Under the pieces are notes generated by a model that saw only the letters and a list, made by a program, of their open reading frames with translations, was not told the origin of the DNA and made no database searches. The position numbers and the translations under genes were made by a program. From Girardia tigrina (lineage: Eukaryota), in contig MQRK01218062.1 of NCBI GenBank assembly GCA_001938485.1, positions 137,688 through 191,967 on the forward strand: DNA of 54,280 bases, in the 5' to 3' direction. Positions within the stretch are counted from its first letter, which is position 1, and each line of letters starts with the position of its first letter. Shown in pieces: positions 1 to 12,592 of the stretch.

Positions 1-35
1 GATATAGATTCTTGTGATGAAGAATCTAGGGGGAG

Positions 36-172
36 TGTTACATGTTAAATTTATTTCTTAAATTAAATATTTAACATGAAAAAATATAGATAATTATTTG
101 TTTAAATAATATCTATTTTAAAAAGTATTTAGTGAAAAATAAATTTTAATAGATTTGTGATTCGTTGTTACA
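36..172 (+). mobile_element. 3' LTR (137 bp, TGTTACA...TGTTACA) of a Ty3/gypsy element lying upstream of the window; preceded by a polypurine tract (PPT)
   Basis: Positions 1-172 nearly match 9046-9217, the 3' end of the gypsy element; PPT AGGGGGAG at 28-35 directly before TG; AATAAA inside. Confidence 0.85.
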
Positions 173-553
173 CTTAATTAAATTAATTATAACTTATTAA
201 TTTTATTCATAAATTATTAAGCTTTATTTTCAAAATTATTGTGTAAAAATATTATTAAATGTACCACCATCTATTATTTAAATTCTTATCTAAATACGTT
301 TTTTTATCATTTTTCTATTAAAATTAATCGATTTTAAATAATCTAATTTTTTGTTTGGTTTTATATATTTATTTAAATTTTGTTGTGTTAGCGTTAGTAT
401 TTTATTTAACCTTTTTTGTATTTTTGTGTGTTTTACGCATTTATTAATTTCTTAAATTGCAAATTAAACAAAATCTACAAATTATTTAGCGAATCGAAAA
501 TCTTAACCGACTGCTGTTAAGCGATATATTTAACAATCAAACTCAACAAAACT

Positions 554-1540
554 TCAAATCAATTTATTCTCCAAAAAAACATTCGGACTCCGCGTCCATT
601 TATTACACAACTGATACACGTAATTAGCCGCCACTGGATCCATCGCCACCGGATCGATCTCAATCGACCGTAAATCCCGCCAAAGCTGTCCGGACTGTCC
701 GACAAGCTCCTCCGACACGCAACACATCGTCGGCGTCTCTGCCGCGTGCCACACATTCCTCAAAATCAACATATTGATGTAGGCGAACAGCATACGCGAA
801 ACAATATTGTTCCGATAGCTCTCGTTCTTATGGAAATTCGAAAACGTCGGTCCGGGATCGACTGCATTGAACGAAATCCTTCCAGAATCGATCCGAGTGG
901 AGAAATACCGAACGAGAAGCATTCTCATGAGCTGGCTCTGATTGAAAGCGCTGTCTCTGTCGTAATTCTTCTGTTGATTGACGTTTTCCGGGTCGATTTT
1001 CCCCGAAGAATAATGCGGACACACGAGAAACAGAACCCGAGCAGCGCCAGATCGATTGAGTAACGGAATCAGCAATTTCGTCAGAAGAAATGGACTGAGG
1101 ACATTGATTTGCAGTTGTTTCTCGGTGTGCTCGGGCGTCACTTCGCGGAATTTGCCGCCCTTATAACCGGCATTGTTGACGAGAATATCGATCCGATCGA
1201 GTTTATGTTGGAGACGCTTCGTGAATTCAATCACCGAGTCGTACGACTCCAAATCGACGACGCTGCAATAGAGATTCGCGTTCTTCGTCTTCTCGTACAA
1301 TCGTAATCGTTTCGTTTTACACTCGATCATGTCGCGACAACCCAACACGACTGTGGCGTTCTGTTTGGCCAATCGATACGCGATTTCTTTGCCGATTCCC
1401 GACGAAGCGCCAGTTACAACGGCGATTTTCCCGGTGAGATCTTCTTCCCCGTTGTAACGCGGAATGAAAAATGTTTTGTATATCAAAACCATTCCCATCA
1501 CTGAACCGGGAACTACTGCCAGTTTCAACAGTGTACTCAT
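554..1540 (-). CDS. Short-chain dehydrogenase/reductase, RDH11-14-like, intronless, 328 aa; catalytic residues substituted
   Basis: Hydrophobic N-terminal anchor, VVTGASSGIGKEIA Rossmann motif, VDLES, DILVNNAG, QINVLSPFLLT, DPG; AFNQSQL where AYxQSKL is expected. Confidence 0.9.
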   Translation of the reverse strand: MSTLLKLAVVPGSVMGMVLIYKTFFIPRYNGEEDLTGKIAVVTGASSGIGKEIAYRLAKQNATVVLGCRDMIECKTKRLRLYEKTKNANLYCSVVDLESYDSVIEFTKRLQHKLDRIDILVNNAGYKGGKFREVTPEHTEKQLQINVLSPFLLTKLLIPLLNRSGAARVLFLVCPHYSSGKIDPENVNQQKNYDRDSAFNQSQLMRMLLVRYFSTRIDSGRISFNAVDPGPTFSNFHKNESYRNNIVSRMLFAYINMLILRNVWHAAETPTMCCVSEELVGQSGQLWRDLRSIEIDPVAMDPVAANYVYQLCNKWTRSPNVFLENKLI

Positions 1541-1938
1541 TTCATTGAAAAATTTCGATTGCTGATGATTATAACGATTATCTCATATAATTTAATACAA
1601 ATTATATGAATTTAAATTTTTGGCAAATATTTTATGAATATTAAAACAAAATTCGTGGAAATTGGATTTTTTATGGTGATTGATGTGATGAAAGATTTAG
1701 AAATTTTAGAGACTTATGATCAGTAAAATACGTTTAGTATTTTATTTTGTCCCGCTTGTGTTGAATGATTGATTTTTGCTTGATAATATTAAATAATTTA
1801 ACTTATCCATGACTTTCGAAATAGTCTTGAATATGAATTTCATTTATCGGAATTGAAATTATTTAATAAATATTTTTTTTCGTAATAAAACAATCGACAT
1901 AATTACTATGCTAACATTTATTACTATTGCATTTCAAC

Positions 1939-2420
1939 TAGGTATTGTAAATTATGAAAAAAAATCTGAAACCCGGATTTCGGTTCCCAGTTTCGTGGAA
2001 AACCGGTGGTTAAAATTAATGTATATTGTATAATTTTTTACCCAAATTTAGGAAACATTAATTAAACCAAAATCTATTAAGCTGCATTTCTAAATGAATA
2101 ATTCAGCCAAGAAGGATAGATAACAAAATAAAAATATTGTTTTAACAATTAAAATATTTTTTAAAAAATTAAAAGAATGCAAACATCACAAAAACTTTAT
2201 TTATTTTTTTGTTCCAAATTATGTGATATTATTAAAAATAACGTTTTTACTGCGTTGTCACCTAGGCATGATCGAAATTTTGTACGTATATTTCTTGCCG
2301 CTGTAAACGTTCTTTCTGCTTCCACGCTTAACGGTGGAGTAGATCGAAGAAAATTGTACACTTTCTCAAGTTCCGGGCCTTTAACCCCATTCGATTCGAA
2401 CTGGGTCAACTCCCGGTGAA
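1939..2420 (-). mobile_element. hAT transposon 3' fragment (C-terminal dimerisation domain plus terminus)
   Basis: ORF 2197-2409 contains PPLSVEAERTFTAARNIRTKFRSCLGD, the hAT dimerisation motif; TAGGTATTGTAA terminus at 1939 followed by CCGG-type subterminal motifs. Confidence 0.7.
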
Positions 2421-2755
2421 CTTAAAATTGAACCATAATTGATGTTCAATATGTTGAGGTCTAGCACGACAAGAAAAAGAATCGAAGTTTTTAACCTATC
2501 CAGATGGTTTCTGAGCTCCCACCTGCTGGAACATGAAATTTTTCGCCAGATATAAACGACCTCAACGACCATAGGGGTATGGTTTACTCAAAAATTTATT
2601 ATCAATAATCTTTAATGAGAGAGAAAATTCGGAATATTGTAAGTTCGTTGTTTGTATGCTGTTTAGATTTGTGATTGTCCTACTCAGATGGGATTGATAT
2701 GTTATTGATTAATTTTTTAATATAATGAAATTAATTTAATGAGATTAATGTTTAA

Positions 2756-5630
2756 CACTAGAAAGACGGATGTGGTCATTTTGACTACATTTCATTTTTA
2801 AGCTTATGCAACTATTGCCAGGATTGTTGGTGAAGACTACAATTTCGTGACTTTTAATGATATGAACTTAGGTACATTTGCACCAAACGTCATCAATAAA
2901 TTTTATTCCTTTCCTACTTATTTCAGGATCAGATTCAAAAACTAACTAAAAGGACGGTTGTGGTCATTTTGACCACTTTAGTTAGAAAGTCTGAATGTAC
3001 TCCACCATATGTGTCATTGCGAGCGGGAGAACCAGATATGTAAACCACAGAATAACTATTGTGTCGTCCCTTACATTTTGATATTTTATACATTAAATTT
3101 GACGCCAAATAAGCACTGAGTTCCAATTGCCTTTATTGACTGAACACAAATAACCGGAAAATCTTCGTGATCAAGAAAAGCACAATGAGAACAAGATTAT
3201 ATAGTTACAGTAACTTAATAATATTGAGAATATTATCTTCTCAATATACATTGGATCAAGATCGGCTTTCACAGCATATGAAGCACGCAACTTTCACTTG
3301 CTTATATCACACACAAGATCCACAGCAAAACTTTTGACACTGAACAAATATCCTTTGTTTTGTTATAATGACCAGAAATCTGGCTTTTGTGGCGAATTTG
3401 GGACTCACTAATGCTGTTGATGCTGCTGGGCGATGGGGTTGGATCAGGAGGAGGCGAATCAGCTATTTTTCTACACAATCGTTCACCGAGAGCAAGAAGA
3501 TAATCCAATCTTGAAATTTTCGCCCTGTTGATTTTGTGAAGATGATCCATGAATTTATCCCGGCGAAATCTAATAAGTTATAGAAGACATGAATTGGCCA
3601 TATGAGGAATATTTTGAATGTTTGATGTTTTGTGTTTTATGTTGATTTGGAAATGTGTCTCTCCTACCCAGATGGATAATTAATATTTGAATTCTTAATA
3701 TCTAAAAATATGTTATGTTTAGATTTATTTTTAATTTCAAATAATTTTACAATTTTAAATAAATAAATCAAATTAATATTTTTTAAATAATTAATAACCA
3801 TTTTAATTTCTATCCAATAAGTTTTGAGTAAATATTTTATTAAAATATTTATTTCTCCATTTGCTAATAAATAATAAGAATTAATTCATTAATCAATTTA
3901 GTTTAGAATGCAAACGTACGAAAGCTTTGACAATGATTGTCTTAAGGACAATCAAAATTGTTGTTTAAATAAAAATATGAAAAGTCAAATTGGTGTTCTT
4001 AATAGACCATCTTCTTGATTGTGCTTTGGTTGTGTAAAGACGATTCATTTAGTCCAATTTATCAAAACCATGTTTTGTCTTGTTATAATATTCAATAGTT
4101 TCCGGGAGTCTTTTTCGGTGTCATTCATCAATTTGGCATTTCATGTGCTGAGAACTGAGTAGAAAGCCTTTTTCGGTTTTGATTTGTACAGTGTAAGTGT
4201 TGCTGTTTGAGACTGGTCACAAAATAAGAGAAAGTCATGCCTCTTCATTTTATAATGCATGGTGTGGATTGCATTTGGTATTTCACGTCTGGTTCATAGA
4301 CAAGTCCCAACAAGAGTAGTTCGCTTTGCCTTTAACTCATTCGCTAGGGCTAAGGAGGTGAAAAAGTTATCCGATTTTAGGTTATGTCCTTTACTTACAT
4401 ACGGTCTAATTAGCTCTGTTGTTACGGGATGACTGAATTGTTTGTTGGGTGGCCTGAAGCTATCTTTTCCCAAATATGGTTGAGCATTCAATACCTATTT
4501 AATTTAATTATCACACAAGAGCCAAAATTTTATCCCAAACTTTTCGAGCTTATTTACCATATATTGTATGAACGGACAGCGGCATTTGCTAGGCAAGAAA
4601 GGATAGAAAGCAGATTGACAATTTTCTATGAATCGATCAAAAAGCCATGATATCATGGTAAACTTATCATTTTTCAATCTTTCGCTTCTTGTAGATTTGT
4701 CATCAAAATGTAGATATCGCATTATATCTTTGAATCGATCACGTGACGTGGTTGAAGAAAAAATTGCCATTCCCCAATTCCTGTTCCACAATTTGGTTAG
4801 TGAAATGTTGGAGGCACAACATGCACCGCAAATGAACAGCAAGCTAATAAATGCTTGTAATTCGCCAATTGAAATTCTCCAAGTGTCAGCTTCAATTCGT
4901 CTTTGTGCCTCTCTCTCTATGCATTTTGAAACATGACGCAGCATGCTGTCATCAAATAAAATGTTAAAAGCACTGAATTCGTCAGAAGGATTGATAGAAC
5001 GGAGGATTTAGGTGTGCATCCACTTTTTCCAGTGAAAAAATTGTAACCTGAGATTCTACCACTCACTTCGTCATTCATAGCAACCGATTTCCAGAGTGTT
5101 CCATCTTTGCCTTGCATTTCCTTCTGTGAAAATTGTCTCTTCTAAAAACGAGTCGCTATCGTCTACACTTTCATCATTCTCTTCAAAATCGCTACTGTCT
5201 GATTTATATACGTTTTCTTCACAGCTATTATCTGTGCTCTGATCATCGACACATGACTCATCATCCTTTATTTTCCATAGTGATCGTAAGGCTTTTGTCG
5301 CAACTGATTTTCTCTCACGTCCGTCAGCTTCCATTCCAAGAATTCCTCGTTCTTCGCTTGATGTTTTCTTTGATGAAAGGCCACGTCCAAGAATTCCACC
5401 CTCGTCACTTGATGCTTCCTTTAATAACTGACCACGACCAGGAGCTACATCAATGAGGCTTGTATTTGCTTCCAACAGGCCGCATCCACTTACCTTGGTT
5501 GGTAGAATTCTACGCTTTATTCTCTCTCTCAATGGCAAGACTTCATCTTCTCTTGATGACTCGCTCTTCTCAAAATATGACTGAACTGGTATGTGACGAC
5601 GAGGCATGGATGAAATAATGATTGTGCATA
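2756..5630 (-). mobile_element. Degenerate piggyBac element; 3' terminal repeat present, 5' end missing
   Basis: TTAA|CACTAGAAAGACGGATGTGGTCATTTTGAC end, with a subterminal copy near 2946-2976; transposase pieces: acidic N-terminus (from 5607), SRDRFKDIMRYLHFDD, KFGIKFWLLCD, DNFFTS...TLVGT, SRRWPIHVFYNLLD, remnant Cys-rich C-terminus; multiple frameshifts. Confidence 0.9.
3601..4004 (+). mobile_element. Solo LTR (TGTGAGGAATA family) inserted in the piggyBac transposase
   Basis: Splits the RRW-PIHVF coding sequence; 5-bp target-site duplication (TSD) GGCCA/GACCA; ends homologous to the LTRs at 14522, 20478 and 25761. Confidence 0.8.
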
Positions 5631-6174
5631 TGATCTATCTATGCCTATAATAAGAGCAAAAATGTGAATACTTTATGTACAGCTAAACTTGATAAAACTT
5701 CAATAATCAATAAATTTTTGAAAATTAAATTTCATCCGTGGATCAATAAAAATATTTTTGACAACAATAATATCTCTAGTAAAGATGTTGGCATCAAAAA
5801 TCGACGATCTGACCAAGGCGGCCTTTATGGCTGGATTGCCGTTCGAGTTGCAATTGAATTTGGAGCAGGCCGGCGATCAAGATTTAACCGAAATGGTTGA
5901 ATATAGTCGCAGGTTTTTAGGAATTAAAAAAATGCGTCACACAAAGTTCAATGTCAGCGGTACAAAACGCTGGTGATGGAAAGATCGTTTCTAAAGAACG
6001 AGGTGAGGTCAGCGGTGGTAGAAGGAGTTCCTTTACAAAACCCCGTATGCCACATGACAAAAATCTGGTACAAACAAGGGTAAACCGTTATGAAAATTCT
6101 CAGCGGCAATCTAATAGACAAATAATTTGCTATAAATGTAAGCAAGTTGGACATATAGCAAAATATTGCAAGTC

Positions 6175-6181
6175 GGGAAAC
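6175..6181 (+). promoter_or_regulatory. Putative -1 ribosomal frameshift slippery site G GGA AAC at the gag/pol junction
   Basis: XXXYYYZ heptamer in the gag frame just before the gag stop, followed by GGGGAG...CTCTCT pairing potential. Confidence 0.6.
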
Positions 6182-9079
6182 GGACAGGGGAGGTTTTAGG
6201 CGCCGGCTCTCTCTCTCTGACATTTCGGCGCTGCCAACCATGACTTTCCTTGTTAACAACAAGTCGGTTACAGCGTTGATAGATTCGGGTTGCTCAAAAA
6301 CTGTTGTTTTGAAAGGGTTGATCAAGGGAAATTCATTACAGTCAAATGAGCAAAGAATTGTTTTGGATAATGGCGATGATATATGTGTGGGAATTAGTGA
6401 TGTGGAATTGACTATAGACAATAGAACTATGAAAGTAGAATGTTCTGTCATGAAATACTTACTCTATGATTTGGGAATATTAATTGGTATGGATGTTATA
6501 AGTGAACTTGGGGGTGTGAAAATTAATAAGGGTGTTATCGAATTTGGTGTATGTAGGAGAAGGAATAAAGAAGGCTGGTAACAATATGAGTTGTGTCACG
6601 GTTGTTGTGCCAAGTGTTAGCCTGAACAAACACAATTATGAGATTGAATTTAATGATAATTGGACGGTTAAATGGAAGTGGAAAGATGAAGCGCCAAGTT
6701 ATCTACCAATTCGACATTCGACCTTTAAAGATGACAAATCGAAAGACATAAACTCAATGAAAATCCTTGAGGAGTGGATGAAGAAATGTTATTTAATTGA
6801 TTGGATAGGAATCGATAGGATCTATACCCATATTTGGAATATTGCAAGTTAACAAATCCAAGGATAAGACCCATCTTTGATTTTAGGAAATTAAACAATT
6901 ATGTAGATGTGTACAGTGGCTCAGTAAATATATGTTTGGAAAAACTTCGTATATGGTGGCGAAAAGGATCAAGATTTTCCATGCTTGATTTATCAGAGCC
7001 GTATATGCAGATTCGCGTTCACAAGGAAATGTGGCGTTATCAATCATGTATCATTAATGGAACAAAGTACGCTCTAACCAGGATGGGCTTTGGTTTAAAT
7101 ATCCCTCCGACCACTATGACTGAAATTGTCAAGTGGATTTTAAATTCTGATCCTAGAGCACGTGAAAACACCGACTCGTACATCGATGACATTTACGTTG
7201 ACGAATCTACAATCACAGTTGACGAAATTAGAATGCTGTTCGAGAAATTTAGCCTTAAAGGCAAAAAACAAGAAAATCTCTCAATGGATAAAGAGGTGCG
7301 AGTGTTGGGAGTTAAAGTCTTTAAAGATAAGAATTCGGTGAGATGGATGAGAGATAATCATTTCAAGGACGAGATAGTTGCCGAATAAATATCGCGTCGC
7401 GAGTTATATTCGCTGTGTGACCAATTAGTAGGAATCCACTCTGTTGCAGGTTGGCTACATCCATCATGCTCCTACATGAAAAGGCTCAGTGAAGGAAAAT
7501 GGGATGAGAAAATAGATGTCGAATTATTCAAGAAAATCAAATTTGTTTTGAAAAAAGTTAAGGAGGAAGATCCTTGTAGAGGAATATGGAGTATTGATGA
7601 TTGTAAAGACGGGATCATTTGGTGTGATGCCAGTTCGATAGCCATTGGGGCAGCATTGGAAGTTAAAGGAAATATTATAGAAGACGCATCGTGGTTAAGG
7701 AAAACTGATGATTCTAGGCACATAAACGTAGCAGAACTAGAAGCAGTTGTAAAGAGTCTGAATCTGTGTATTAAATGGGGACTAACTTACTAACTATGTT
7801 GTAGTAAAATCAGATAACAAATCAGTTGTTTCTTGGATAACTGAGGCACTATCAGAGCGAAATAAATTACACACGAAAGCCTCTTCCGAGCTTTTGATAA
7901 AGCGCCGATTGTCAATGATTAAGGAGTTGTGCCAGGAATACAAAATAACTTTGAAAATTAAGTTTGTTAATAGTGATGACAACAAGGCTGATGAACTGAC
8001 AAGAATACCAAAACAATTAAAAAGAAGCAGTTGCATTTTATCTGTAACAGATGACCTATTCAAACTACAGAAACTTCATGACAGATGTCATTTAGGTGCA
8101 AAGAGAATGCGATATCTGTGCGATAAGTTGGAAATAAATGTGTCAAATGCGGATATGAAGGATTTGAGCTCGAAGTGTCAAAGTTGTCAATCTATTGATC
8201 CGGTACCAATAAAATGGCAAACTGGAAAATTAGCTGTCAATGAAAACTGGACAGGACTTGCAGTGGATGTCACAAAATTTGATCTAGAAAAATTCTTAAG
8301 TATCATTGATTGTGGACCCTCTCGATTTGCAGTATGGAAACTAATCAAAGCTGAGGATGTGAAGTCGATTGTTACAAAGTTTTCAAATTTGTTCTGCGAG
8401 CGTGGATATCCAAAGGATTTGATTATTGACAATTATACGACATTTCATTCAGCCGAATTCAGCAAGTTGATGGAAAAGTGGAATGTACATGTCCTATACC
8501 GCGCTATTAATCGACCAAATTGCAACGGAATAATAGAGAGAAATCATAAGACAATCAAGAGAATTGCGTCTCGATCGAATATCAGTATCATGGAAGCCTT
8601 ATGATGGTATAACAATACACCGTCCGACGGAAAGGATACACCTAGGTCGGTACTTTACAAGTACATTCCAGTCGGTTTGGAGATAATCGAAAGAATTGAA
8701 AAGGAGCCGGTTTACAATAAGGTAAAGACAGACTTCGTAGAGCAACAGTTAGTCTGGGTAAAGCCTGAAAATAATATGCCATGTACAAAGCAATGGACAA
8801 GAGGCGTTGTCGTTAGAAAATTGGATCAAAGAAAATACTTAATAAATTGTGATGGTTTTCGCGGTCCACGGCATATAGCAGATATTCGACCAAGACAACC
8901 AGACCTGCCGCGAAATTCTTACTCGGATTACATGTTGGAAAATAACAACCAATCAGCTCCGAGTGTTAAGCAAAGTGAATCGGGAATCAGCAACAGATCC
9001 CAAAGAGAAAGATAAAAACCGAATTATTTGAATGAGTATGTAGTAGATATAGATTCTTGTGACGAAAAATCTGGAGGAG

Positions 9080-9217
9080 TGTTACATGTTAAATTTATTT
9101 CTTAAATGAAATATTTAACATGAAAAAATATAGATAATTATTTGTTTATATAATATCTATTTAAAAAGTATTTGTTAGTGAAAAATAAATTTTATAGATT
9201 TGTTATTCGTTGTTACA
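9080..9217 (+). repeat. 3' LTR (138 bp) of the gypsy element
   Basis: PPT GGAGGAG at 9073-9079, TG...CA ends, second copy at 36-172. Confidence 0.85.
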
Positions 9218-9599
9218 ATTTAAAAATCTTTGCAGCTCAGAGATATGACTTTAGAATATTTTGAATAAAAAAACAGAATATTGGTGTACGAAGGTTTTTT
9301 TATCATATTTTCTATAACACTTGATTCCGAATACCATGAATCTAAAAATTATTTCACAATCATATAAAATTCGTGATATGTTAAGCAATAATTCTGCTGC
9401 TGCAACCGCAGGGTTTCCAGCTGTTTGGAATCCTAGTCAGAGCGTCCGCTTTGTTTTCTTATGATTGGATCAGTGTTATGGGGACTTTCAATTTCTCTTT
9501 CTCGACGACTTGTTTAAAAAGTCCTACTCACAACCTGATTAGAATCTAGCTGAGTGCCTGAGATCTTATCAGTTCGCGTCCCGACAGTGCCAATGAGAG

Positions 9600-12016
9600 T
9601 CACTTCAAATGTTACCCCGACACTTCTATCTCCAGCCATGCCCCGTGTGTCTCTACTGCTTGACTGAGTACCTTTTGTAGTTTTTCGGATAAACTTTGAA
9701 TCTGATCCGGTCGCACCAGCAGCTGTTCCATCATGGTTACGGAATACCCAGTGTCGACCAGTCCTCTCACCATATTTCCTCCAACTCGGACGACGACTAC
9801 GGGTAACTGAGCATCTCTATTCACAGGTACCCTCCCTGCGCAGAAGAGATGGGCTGTTAATCTTTTCCCCACTTTCGATTCCGTTATGGACAGGCCGCAC
9901 AAAAATGATCCGGTGCACCGATGATAAAGCACGCTCTGAATCTTGAAACTGGTGATGGGCCCTCCTTTACTTCTAGCGACGCCTTGCAGTCCCGTTGCAT
10001 ATGGTCGCGCTGTTGAGATCAGGTCTCTTAGGGGCTTTTTTCCTAACCGGCCTCCGACAAAAGATGTTTTGACACTTCTGTCGGCAGACCAACAATAAAT
10101 GCTTGGCGCAATAATTTTCCTGCGGCTCCTGCCCCATTTAGATGACCCTCACGAGGCACCGCAGGGACGACATATACTCCTCGATTGATTAGCCCAGTTG
10201 AATCGATCGCAACCTAAATTGCTCGAACGCCTCAGCGGATTGGGACCGAATGTTTCTGACAGTGCGGTCTTTACCACATCATTGCGCGGTAACCCCGAAA
10301 AAAGATCAAACGCGCGCCCTTCCAAGTGCATCGGTAGCGCCGCCGTTTTGTCGAAATCACAGACCTCAGCTGCGGCTTCGAACTTGCGACACCGAATTGC
10401 GAAATCGCTGCAGCTATCAGACGTTCGGACTGCGTCAGAAAATTTAATCCGGTTCATGGCCGCGATAGCTTGAGAAGTGAAATCGAATCTAGAAGATTTA
10501 TTTTTAAATCAAAATTTCACTCGATTGAATCCGCCGCCATTTTCTTCTTCAGTAAAACAACCACAATTAAAACCGATTGCTATTTCTCCACAAATTCTAC
10601 TGTAAAATCCCGAGTATAAGCTGCAACACGTATTGGCTGCACTATTTGCAACAGATTTTCCACTTTTTAACATACTGCTCATTTGTCCTTGCAAGAAAAT
10701 ATTGACTGCCTATCTATATTGTAAAGGTAGGAATTTTAAGTAGTTTTTTAGGGTTTTATGTTTTTACTTTTACTTTCTTTTTAGAATGATTGAACAAATT
10801 TGATCTGGTACAACTGATTTATAAAATGCTACCTGTTAATGAAATAGTAAAAATTTATGATTTTGTTTAAATATTACTGCAAGGTCATTTTCATTTTGTA
10901 TGATTTTTTTATATCCGTAACAATGGCTGACAACGGAAAACCAAACCAAAAGAAACTACGAAGATCTTTTACTTCAGCAAAGAAGAAAGAAATTATTGAA
11001 TTAGCACGTCAATTAGGAAATACAAGGAAAGCTGCGCGACGTAATGGAATTAACGAAACTGTGATTCGACGGTGGAGCGCCCAAGAACGTGTTATCAAAA
11101 CAATGAATCTAAATCGAAGAGCGTTGCGTGGTGGCAATGCTAGATACCCAGAATTGGAATGTAAATTATACGAATGGGTAGTAAAGCAACGTGAACGCGA
11201 ACTTCAAGTGTCGGTTACACAAATTCGTTTACAAGCACAACATATTGCCAAAGAGATGAAGGTTGAAAGATTTATTGTGAGCTCCCAGTGGGCCGATAAT
11301 TTTATGAAAAATTTTGGTGTTCGACGGCCAACAACAAAACAACAGTTACCCAAACAGTGGGAATTTCAAGTAGCTAAGTTTAGAAGCATCATCACTGACT
11401 TGGTAAAGGATTTGCCAGATAATCAAATCGGGAATTTTGATGAAGTGTCCATTCAATGTGACATGCCTTTAGATTATACAGTTGATACTAAAGGTTCCAC
11501 CGAAGTTCGAATTAAAACTACAGGACATGAGAAAAAACGTTTTACTGTCAATCTATGTGTTCTCAAAGATGGTACTAATCTTCCTCCTTTTGTTATTTTG
11601 AACAGAAAGACACTTCCAAAGATCTGCATTCCTAAATCAAAGACCAAGTATTGTAGAAATTCCTGAATTTGCCAATTTACTAGAAAATTTCACTGTAATT
11701 GAGGATGAAAATACTGATGGCTTTGAAGAGTGTGACGTTGAAAATTTGGATGTACATGTAAATAAATAAAAAATTTATTTTCAAATTACTAGTAAATGAT
11801 TTTTAGTCGTATAAGCTGCGCATCGTATTAGCTGCAGCGCAAAAAGGTCTTATTTTTACACGAATAAGCTGCAGCTTATACTCGGGATTTTACAGTATTT
11901 CAAAAAAATAAAAGTTTTATATCAAAAATTAACAATTGTGACAACAAAAACGCGATTAAGTGCTTCTGAATAAGTGTGACGCGATTAAGTGTAGTAACAC
12001 CGTTTTCATTTACTAT
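9600..12016 (-). mobile_element. Second gypsy-type element: 5' region, gag and protease remnant; interrupted by pogo
   Basis: Gag N-terminus MNRIKFSD...LPMHLEGRAFDLF (from 10457); protease LPVVVVRVGG...GLVDTG (9612-9932); the upstream non-coding part matches 16472-16812 in inverted orientation. Confidence 0.75.
10600..11895 (+). mobile_element. pogo-family DNA transposon with internally deleted transposase (likely ATG 10923, stop 11666)
   Basis: TA|CTGTAAAATCCCGAGTATAAGCTGCA terminal inverted repeats (TIRs)|TA; HTH and CENP-B-type HTH, IGNFDEV, KTTGHEKKRFTVNL; second half of the catalytic domain missing. Confidence 0.93.
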
Positions 12017-12592
12017 TTTTAATACACTAGGATTTACTGTTTCGGTATTATGATGTATTTTAGATTAAGATTCTCGGATAAACTGTATTAGATTTAAGAC
12101 CCTATGATAATAATTAACTATGTGAATTATAAAAAATGCATATATTTATAAAACTATAAAAACGATTAAAATATATAAGATTTTCTAGAAAAAATAAATT
12201 CCTATACTTAGTCGCTACGATTTTACAAATAATAATAATAAAAATTTGAGCGAATAATATTAAAATTAATTTTTGAAAAAATAAAATTTTTTAGTACATG
12301 AAAATATCAATTTGTACCCTCCCTTTAAAATAGAATATTTCCCAATTATTTCTTTACGACAAAAAACAATAATAAAAAAATAACCAAACTCTTTCTCCAT
12401 TCGTAAATCACCAAAATATCGTCCGTGTTTTACTACATCAATAATCAAATAACGACCTAAATCATTAATATTTACAATTTGAATTATTATTCGATTTTTT
12501 TGTTTATCGATAAGAAAAAAAAACTGAAATTTCCATTGAGAGAATTAAATTTTCCTTTTTTTTCTTTTCAGTAATTATTTGACGCATCGTCA

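Larger units (their letters stand above)
5664..9217 (+). mobile_element. Ty3/gypsy LTR retrotransposon, 5'-truncated, degenerate gag-pol
   Basis: Gag zinc knuckle CYKCKQVGHIAKYC; protease LIDSG; reverse transcriptase RPIFDFRKLN...MGFGL...YIDD; RNase H WCDAS...HINVAELE; integrase HDRCH/CQSC with D,D,E (DVT, IDN, IER); PPT and 3' LTR; stops and frameshifts throughout. Confidence 0.93.

Noticed and set aside
554-1540. Horizontal (bacterial) origin of the intronless SDR
   Set aside because: The membrane anchor and motifs match animal RDH11-14, and the composition resembles the FoxJ1 exons.
36-9217. A single full-length LTR element that captured the SDR gene
   Set aside because: The first LTR is preceded by a PPT and has no TGG primer-binding site after it, so it is a 3' LTR.
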